Positions 55,330 through 64,000 of a stretch of DNA of 64,000 nucleotides are shown piece by piece (within the stretch, counting starts at the first letter, position 1; every line of letters starts with the position of its first letter). The translations under genes and the position numbers were made by a program. Under the pieces are notes generated by a model. That model had not been told where the DNA came from and ran no database searches. It worked only from the letters and a program-made list of their open reading frames with translations. This stretch comes from Mobula hypostoma (lineage: Eukaryota), in NCBI RefSeq assembly GCF_963921235.1, contig NC_086097.1, positions 37,698,001 through 37,762,000 of the forward strand, read 5' to 3'.

Positions 55330-58300
55330 GTAGAGCTACAACTTTGGAGCGGCAGGTCTTGCTGTTAGTTTCTCCAAGTGCCATGGCTTCCCAGACGACG
55401 CTGAGTGTGGAGGGCAAACATGCTTGCGATGCCTGCTTGTTCTAGAATATCCTTGTCTGGGACATGATCCTGGCATGTGATGCCCAGGGTTGTTCCGATG
55501 CAGCAGAGGTGGAATGTGTTTAAGCTGCGCTCTTGGTAAGAGTAGGTCATCCATGTTTCACTGTCGTACAGGAGTGTACTGAGTGTGCAGGCCTGCTAGA
55601 CCGTCATCTTGGTGTGCTTGGTCAGCATGGAGTTCTCCCAGACTCTTGTTGCTAGGCAAGACACTATTGTTGCTGCTCTGCTGATCTACTTGTTGAGTTC
55701 GATGTCAAGGGAGAGGTTGCTTGAGACGGTGGAGCCAAGGTTGGTGAACTTATCCACCAGGTCGAGAGTGTAGTCACCTATGCGGATGTTTGGTGTGTTG
55801 TTGACATCTTGGCACATGATGATTGTCTCCTTGAGGCAGATAGTCAAACCAAAGTCTTTGCAGGCGAGTGCAAAGCAGTTGATGAGTCTCTGGAGGGCTT
55901 CCTCTGAGTGTCATGTCAGGGTGGCATCGTCTGCAAACAGCAACTCCCTTATCAGTACCAGTCACACCTTGGTCTCTGCTCTGAGATGTGTAAGGTTGAA
56001 CATCCTGCTGTCACTGTTGGTGCGGAGGTACTGTATAACTGAACTGAGGGCATGGGACAGTAGCAGGAATAAGAAGATGCTGAAGAGTATAGGAGCCAGT
56101 ACACAGCCCTGCTTCACACCGCTCCTGATTGGGAAGGGATTCGTCGATGAGCACTCAAACTGGACAGTGGCTTGCATGTCTTTGAGGAGCTTGAGGGACA
56201 TCCAATCTTTTGGAGCAGTGTGAGGAGACCCTTTCTGCTGACCAGGCGATGGAGGTGATGTAAAGTGGTTGTCTCTGCTCTCAGGATTTCTCTTGGAGTA
56301 GGCATAGTGGGATCATGTTGTGTTGACTGCCCCGCTCAGAACCTACACTATGATTCCGGGTATACGCAAGCAGACACAGTAATGCATGTAGCCTGTTGAA
56401 AACCACGCAAGCAAAAACCTTGCAGATGATGCTGAGACGTGAGACGCCTCGGTAGTTATTACAGTCACCTTTGTTCTTGCAGAGCACGATGATGTTGGAG
56501 TTGCAGACGTCCTGAGGCAGTGACCTTCCCTCCCAACACTGGTAGAGAAGTTCCTGCAGGTGGTGTAGCAGAGCAGACTTCTTAACTGCCTTTATGACCT
56601 CAGGTGGGATGCAGCCTTTTCTAGGAGCCTAACCGCTTGCTACACAATCAATCACCTCACTAAGTTCGTCAACTGAGGGCAATTGATCAAGTTCTTCCAC
56701 GACAGGCACGACTCACGATATCTTCGAGTGCGGCACCTGTGATGACGTGCTCTCATGAGTACGGCTCCTGGTAGAGTTCGGCCCATCTTTCCATCTGTGT
56801 TTCCCGCTCCATGATGACATCACCAGCGGAACGCTTGAATGGAGTGGACTTTGAGATGTTGGTCTGAGGGCCTTATTTATGTCATTGTACATGCCGTGGA
56901 TGTTGCTGGAGTCAGTGGAGCGTTGGGTGCTGTTACAAGAATCACCCCTTGTAATAATGATCAGTGAGGCACAGAGAATCTCTAGTTACCAACAAGTAAC
57001 TTTTATTTTTCAACTAAAAGCACATGGGTTCACGAACTGTCTCTGTGTGCACCCTACTAGAATTCCCTGATAGTCCATGAACATTCAATGAAGAGAAAAG
57101 GATATTACACGGGAAATGAGTCTACGCTGGCCAGGCATTCCTCGTGGTCCCGATCTCCACGTGTCCGTGGGGTCCTCCTTATCCTTGATGGTTTGTCTCC
57201 GGCTGCTGGAGAGTTATCGCCCTTGCATATTTGGAATTCCTGGGTCTTATACTCTTCCTCATTGATTGAACCAATGGATCTCCATCCCATTGGCTCAAGG
57301 TCACCTGACCTACCTGGGTCACCTTCTTACTGGTCATTGTACAGGGCTACAGCCAACATTGTTTCATGGCTCTGCCCACCCCAGCCCTGTGTATTTGTTT
57401 CTTTACACTCTGACTGGTCCAAACCAGTTAAATGAGGAAACCCAGAGAGAGTCTAATGAGATTACCGAATGCAGGTCTGGCATTTTACATAACAAGTAAC
57501 TACTCCTCTGGTATATTACTCCTCGGGTAAATAGATTAGCCCAGAGCAAGGATCATTTCAGAGTCCATTCCCTTTACATAACAAATGGCTATTTGTTTGA
57601 GAATGGTCTCAGGTTTAGCAGATCATTACCTGAAGCTTCCTGTGTCCACATTCAGTTGCTCTGATTAAATTATCCAAGAGCAAGGAACTGTTCAGAGTCC
57701 ACAAAATGGCGGAAACAAAGACAACTGGCTTGTCTGCTTCCCTGGTCCTCGATCAGACTGCAGTTTCTTCTGGCCAACAGTGCTCAAACGGAGGTGCAGC
57801 CAGGAGTTGTTGGTGTAATGACAAGCGATACGCTAGGCATCACCCCGGCCTTCCTGAGAGCAGTGAGAGACTTCTCAGAAGGGTCCTTCTTGTGCTCCTT
57901 GTGTTGTTTCAATGGCAGGCTCTAGCTCTGCAATTCCAGCTTCAAACCACTCTGGGTTTTTCCTCTCTCTCCTGCCAAGGTTAGTCACAGCTGTGTTGTA
58001 GACATCATTACGGAGGTGACTCCATCTTTCTTCAATGCTCCCTGCAGGATTGTCCTGGAGTGCTTGCCCAATGGTGTTGGCAAAGCGTGCTCAGAGGTCA
58101 GTGAGTGAGGTTCCGGGGGTGTTGATTCATGGGCATCCGTTCTGCTTTAAGCAGTGGATTTGTCTGGGCTGATGGCATATTTTACTGCGGACCAGTGAGA
58201 GGTCGGTGACAGTCAGCACTGTCGTCGCTGTGAGTGCTGAGGACACAGCTCAGTGACCATCTTCTTGTGATGACAAGATCCTGCTGGTGCCAGTGACGAG

Positions 58301-59810
58301 GTCGGGGGTGTCACCAGGACACTCTGTGGTGCGGTTTGGTGAGAAGGAAGTCTTGGCTCTGCAGAGGTCACAGCAGGAGCAGAGCTGTTGTAGACTCTGC
58401 CTGTTTTCATTGAGCTTGCCGATTCCAGTGTGTCCGATGCAGCCCAGCCACGAGTCATGGTCAGATCCCACTCGGACATTGAACACTCCAAGTAGGTATG
58501 GTGTTTAGAGGCAGGTAGCCTTTTGATGGTAGAATGAAGGTCTTCCTAGAACTGGTCCTTCATTTCCACAGAGGCACAGAGGGTTGGTGTGTAGATGCTC
58601 AGAATGTTCACTGTGCTTGAGGAACTGGCAAGGTGGAGAGACAGAATGCACTCTGTGCCTCTGGATGGTGGTTCCAGTGAGCAAAGCTGAGAGTTTCTCA
58701 CTGCAATTCCAACGCCATGGTGCTGTGGTTCCTCTGGTTTCTTCCCCTGCCAGGAGAAGGTGTTGTCCTGTTCTCTGAGGCTGCCTTCTGAGGGGATCCC
58801 GGTCTCCAGCACCGCAGCAATGTTACTGCTCAGTTTTTAGAGCTCCTGGTCAATGACAGCGGTCTTCCTGTTGTTGTCGACATGCTGTAGGTCGATGGAG
58901 AGGCCAGGACTCATGGTTCTGATGTTCCAGCTTGCCAGTTGCAGGGTTGGAGATTTCTTTTTTTCTTTGTTGTGCTTTGCCTGGAGCAATGTTTACAGTC
59001 TGCTTGCCGAGCCGATCCTCTGAGCTCCAAGCTCCCACTGAAGCAGGCAGACTGTGGCGGGTCAGCACCTTATTAGACAGGGGCTGCCCAGCTTGAGGTG
59101 GGCAGTAGCTGACCAGTGGAACATGAAGATCCCTCCCGCTACTGAAGACAGCTCATCGCCCCTGTTGCCTACGCCAATCGGCGAGGACTTATCACTTGTA
59201 ACTGCTACCTCCCATGTTGGTTCTGTTGCTGCGAACAGCAGTACTGGAGTGACTGCTCCAGGGCACAAGCCTGGGCGGGAGGGATGGAGATTCAGGGATA
59301 CCCAGTTGTCAAGATCCCCCTCTCGGCCTCACTGATGTAGTCCAAAGGAACGTGAAGCAATCCGTTTAGCACCAGCTTGGCTGCAGGAGCGGCTGGGAGG
59401 ATGTTCAGTGACTCCCAGCCGTCTTAGGGGCTCCACCCTGGATTTTCTGTCTGCATTTACTCCCGTAGCCTTTGCCTTCTCTGAGGCTGCCCGCAAGGCA
59501 GTGGGGCTATTTAGCCATAGCTGGGGATCTGGTTCACGAGCACCAGGGGGTGTCCACACACTGATGGGCCTGTATGCTACATATGGAGGGGCCAGACCTC
59601 CTCCCTGTCCTCTGTAGTTTAGCCTGAGTCTGAAAGGAGTTCAGTTTCTGTGTGTCACCAGCAAGGATGCATTTGATGAGGCTTGCCATTGGAGAGGCTA
59701 TGTGCTGGCAGGGAAAGATTTATGCATTCAGCTCTCCTTTCTGTGAGACCGCTAGCCAACGATAGAAGCTGAAAGCGAGAGCGACAAGCACTACACCATC
59801 ACACTGGATG
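55330..59810 (-). mobile_element. Near full-length decayed RTE-clade LINE (endonuclease + RT)
   Basis: TFSWQGKKPEEPQHHGVGIAVRNS, NKGDCNNYRGVS, GVKQGCVLAPILFSIF, LNTFHLCC; long 5' region. Confidence 0.85.
56931..57779 (-). mobile_element. Solo LTR (849 bp) nested in the RTE
   Basis: TGTT...AACA termini, 4-bp TSD GTGC (56927-56930 / 57780-57783), minus-strand TATAA (~57250) and AATAAA (57002-57007); RTE sequence is contiguous across the site. Confidence 0.85.
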
Positions 59811-60036
59811 CATCACAACAGCCATTTTGACACACCTACAGTATGAGCTCTAATTTGTGTGTAAAATTTGGCGACTAAGACAAAGCCTGGGCTCTTCAGG
59901 TTTATTGTACAACATACGCTGTCGATATTAGAGCTTGGCTCAGGGGTATTTGGAAGTCAATGCCATTTGCCATTCCCAATGATATGGTGAGAGCAGAAGG
60001 ATCATGTGACAGACTGCTATTTCTGTCTGGCTTACC

Positions 60037-62170
60037 GTAGAACCATAGAACCATAGAAACTACAGCACAGAAACAGGCCTTTTGGCCCTTCTTGGCTGTG
60101 CCGAACCATTTTCTGCCTAGTCCCACTGACCTGCACACGGACCATATCCCTCCATACACCTCCCATCCATGTATCTGTCCAATTTATTCTTAAATGTTAA
60201 AAAAGAACCCGCATTTACCACCTCGTCTGGCAGCTCATTCCATACTCCCACCACTCTCTGTGTGAAGAAGCCCCTGCTAATGTTCCCTTTAAACTTTTCC
60301 CCCCTCACCCTTAACCCATGTCCTCTGGTTTTTTTCTCCCCTTGCCTCAGTCAAAAAAGCCTGCTTGCATTCACTCTATCAATACCCATCATAATTTTAT
60401 ATACCTCTATCAAATCTCCCCTCATTCTTCTACGCTCCAGGGAATAAAGTCCTAACCTATTCAACCTTTCTCTGTAACTGAGTTTCTCAAGTCCCGGCAA
60501 CATCCTTGTAAAGCTTCTCTGCACTCTTTCAACCTTATTTATATCCTTCCTGTAATTTGGTGACCAAAACTGAACACAATACTCCAGATTCGGCCTCACC
60601 AATGCCTTATACAACCTCATCATAACATTCCAGCTCTTATACTTAATACTTTGATTAATAAAGGCCAATGTACCAAAAGCTCTCTTTACGACCCTATCTA
60701 CCTGTGACACCACTTTTAAGGAATTTTGTATCTGTATTCCCAGATCCCTCTGTTCCACTGCATTCCTCAGTGCCTTACCATTAACCCTGTATGTTCTACC
60801 TTGGTTTGTCCTTCCAACATGCAATACCTCACACTTGTCTGTATTAAACGCCATCTGCCATTTTTCAGCCCATTTTTCCAGCTGGTCCAGGTCCCTCTGC
60901 AGGCTCTGAAAACCTTCCTCACTGTCTACTACACCTCCAATCTTTGTATCATCAGCAAATTTGCTGATCCAATTTACCACATTATCATTCAGATCATTGA
61001 TATAGATGACAAATAACAATGGACCCAGCACTGATCCCTGTGGCACACCACTAGTCACAGGCCTCCACTCAGAGAAGCAATTCTCTACCACCACTCTCTG
61101 GCTTCTTCCATTGAGCCAATGTCTAATCCAATTTACCACCTCTCCATGTATACCTAGCGACTGAATTTTCCTAACTAACCTCCCATGCGGGACCTTGTCA
61201 AAGACCTTACTGAAGTCCATGTAGACAATATCCACAGCCTTCCCTTCATCCTTTTTCCTGGTAACCTCCTCAAAAAACTCCAAAAGATTGGTCAAACATG
61301 ACCTACCACGCACAAAGCCATGTTGACTCTCCCTAATAAGTCCCTGTCTATCCAAATGCTTGTAGATTCTGTCTCTTAGTACTCCCTCCAATAACTTACC
61401 TACTACCGACGTTAAACTTACTGGCCTATAATTTCCCGGATTACTTTTCGATTCTTTTTTAAACAACGGAACAACATGAGCCACTCTCCAATCCTCCGGG
61501 ACCTCACCTGTAGACAGCGACATTTTAAATATTTCTGCCAGGGCCCCTGCAATTTCAACACTAGTCTCCTTCAAGGTCCAAGGGAACACTCTGTCAGGTC
61601 CCAGGGATTTATCCACTTTAATTTTCCTCAAGACAGCAAGGACCTCCTCCTTTTCGATCTGTACAGTTTCCATGATCTCACTACTTGTTTCCCCTAATTC
61701 CATAGACTTCATGCCAGTTTCCTTAGTAAATACAGACGCAAAAAACCTATTTAAGATCTCCCCCATTTCCTTTGGTTCCGCACATAGCCGACCACTCTGA
61801 TCTTCAAGAGGACCAATTTTATCCCTTACAATCCTTTTGCTCTTAATATACTTGTAAAAGCTCTTTGGATTATCCTTCACTTTGACTGCCAAGGCAACCT
61901 CATGTCTTCTTTTAGCCCTCCTGATTTCTTTCTTAAGTATTTTCTTGCACTTCTTATACTCCTCAAGCACCTTATTTACTCTCTGCTTCTTATACATGTC
62001 ATACAACTCCCTCTCCTTCTTTATCAGAGTTGTAATATCCCTTGAGAACCAAGGTTCCTTATTCCCATTCACTTTGCCTTAAATCCTGGCAGGAACATAC
62101 AAATTCTGCACTCTCAAAATTTCTCCTTTGAAGGCTTCCCACCTACCGATCACATCCTCTGCTAAAAACA
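60037..62170 (-). mobile_element. Young 5'-truncated CR1 LINE, 573-aa ORF (60351..62072) with C-terminus disrupted
   Basis: NYRPVSLTS, YMDFSKVFDKV, GVPQGSVLGP, KFADDTK; (TGGTTCTA)n tail. Confidence 0.95.
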
Positions 62171-62171
62171 A

Positions 62172-62720
62172 GAACTCAGTTGAATACCCCAACCTCCCTT
62201 CAGCCATGAGACCTGTGCCACAAGTTGATAGTCTTCCAGTACCGAAGCCACCAGAGACGTGGAGTCTAGAGGAGGCAGATAAAGATGCCGTGATGCATGA
62301 GCCAGGAATGGAAAATGACACTGATACTGATGCAGATTTTGAACCCTTTGAGTGAGCCTCATCCGATAACTCAATCTGAGTTAAATGACCTGGTCAGAGA
62401 CTTGGGTTGGTCAAAAGCGAAAGCAAAAGGGGTTCAAGGATAGAATCTGCTGACAACAGGTACAAAAATTTCTGTGAAGGATTTTGATATTTGACATATG
62501 TTTCCCAGAAATAACTGATGCCAAGATTAAGGAAGGTATTTTTGTTGGTCCACAAATCAAACAAGTCATCAATGACAGGCAATTCGAAGATCTTCTAGTG
62601 GGACTGGAGAAAATTACATAGAAGACATTCAAGGATGTTGTTGAAAATTTTCTTGGCAACTACAGAGCACCAAATTATGTGTAGTTGGTTGACAACATGC
62701 TTCCAGCATACAAAAAACAT
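62172..62720 (+). mobile_element. Chapaev3-like (CMC superfamily) transposase remnant
   Basis: YPNLPSAMRPVP..LPVPKPP, ITQSELNDLVRDLG, DAKIKEGIFVGPQIK..VVENFLGNYRAPNY; family assignment is from recall of these motifs. Confidence 0.6.
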
Positions 62721-62844
62721 GATTAATTAGTGATTGATCGCATACATCAATTACAGCATTCATATATACAAACGCAAGAGATTCTGCAGATGCTGGAAGT
62801 ACAGAGTAACACACAAAAAATCCCGGAGGAAAGTCACAGTGATC

Positions 62845-64000
62845 AGATCTCTGGCTCTGTGACTCAGAAGGTGGGGGGGGGGGTGGGCGCGAGAAGAGGT
62901 GAGCTGTGGTGATGGGGGATTCGTTAGTTAGAGGAACAGAAAGGAGGTTCTATGGAGAAGGACAAAATTCTCGGACGGTATGTTGCTTTCTGAGTGCCAG
63001 GGCTGGAACATCTCAGATCGAGTCTTCAGCATTCTTAGGTGGGAGGGTGAATAGCCAGAGGACATGGTCCATCTAAGTACCAATGACATTGTTAGAAGAG
63101 TGATGAGGCTCTGCAAATTGAGTTCAAGGAGTTAGGTGCGAAGTTAAAGGGCAGGACCACCAGGGTTGTGATCTCAGGACTGTGAGCCCACATGCTAGTG
63201 AGGCCAGAAATAGGAAGATTATATATTTTAACACATGACTAAAGAGTCGGTGTAGGAGGGAAGCCCTAAGATTTCTGGATCATTGGGCTCTCTTCCAGGG
63301 AAGGTGGGACCTGTACAGAAGAGATGGTTTAAATCTGAACTGGCGGGAAAGTTTGCAAATGCTGCAAGATGGGGTTTAAACTAGAGTTGCAGGGGGATGG
63401 GAACTGGAATGCCAGAACAGTGAGTGGAGAGGCTGTGGAGATAAATGTTGTTAAGACCATAGACAAAGTCAAGAATCAAAAGGTTGAGCATTTTGCGACT
63501 AATATCTTGAGCTGTATATATTTCAATGCAAGAAGTATCTGAGTATTGTAGGAAGGGGCAGGACTGGCCACTCATTATTCTGGTGTTCCTTTGTTTTAGA
63601 CGCAACAGAGTGGGAGGGATTAAAAGAGGAAGGGTGGTGATGTTAGTCAGGGAAAATATCACGGCAGTGCTTAGTCAGGACAGACTGGAAAACTCATCTA
63701 GTGAGACTTTATGGGTGGAACTGAGAAATAAGAAAGGCATGACCACGTTAATGGGGCTATATTACAGACCACCCAACAGTCCGAGGGATTTAGAGGAACA
63801 AATATGCAGAGAGATCGCAGATCATTGCAAGAAGCATAAGGTTGTTATGGTAGGTGATTTTAACTTTCCACATATTGACTGGAACTCTCAAACTGTAAAA
63901 GGACTAGATGGAATAGAGTTTGTCAAATGTGTTCAGGAAACTTTCTTTAATCAGTACATAGAATTCCCAATGAGAGAATGGGTGATACTTGATCTGCTAT
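62845..64000 (+). mobile_element. CR1 LINE 5' part (ORF1 esterase-like remnant and ORF2 endonuclease), runs off the window
   Basis: AVVMGDSLVRGT; YYRPPNS; VMVGDFNFPHIDW; FVKCVQE. Confidence 0.85.

Noticed and set aside
57088..57435. 115-aa ORF inside the 849-bp insert
   Set aside because: Lies antisense within a solo LTR with no recognisable protein motif

Overview
AT-rich, repeat-dense vertebrate genomic DNA, most likely a cartilaginous fish (ray or shark). The organism call is inferred from the CR1, Penelope-like, Rex1 and V-SINE repertoire and is not proven. Two spliced genes lie tail-to-tail, the same gene order as in human. DHRS7 is on the + strand (six coding exons, 7258-16415; its first coding exon is not in the window). 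PCNX4 (pecanex 4) is on the - strand (ten coding exons, 41547-23350, 1192 aa by my splice reconstruction, all junction phases consistent), with a candidate CpG-island promoter/exon 1 at ~52.0-52.4 kb. The rest is largely transposable elements: two young CR1 LINEs with long RT ORFs, a full-length IR/DR-type Tc1 with only two nonsense codons, an RTE LINE interrupted by an 849-bp solo LTR, hAT and Chapaev3-like fragments, Rex1 fragments, SINEs and many Penelope-like element (PLE) pieces. The most interesting non-genic signal is that the PLE termini carry minimal hammerhead ribozyme cores (CUGANGA...GAAACGUH). Two copies with intact cores sit in sense orientation in PCNX4 introns, and several PLE termini form head-to-head palindromes. 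Also notable are a perfect 43-bp inverted duplication inside a decayed RTE and a uORF-rich predicted PCNX4 leader.
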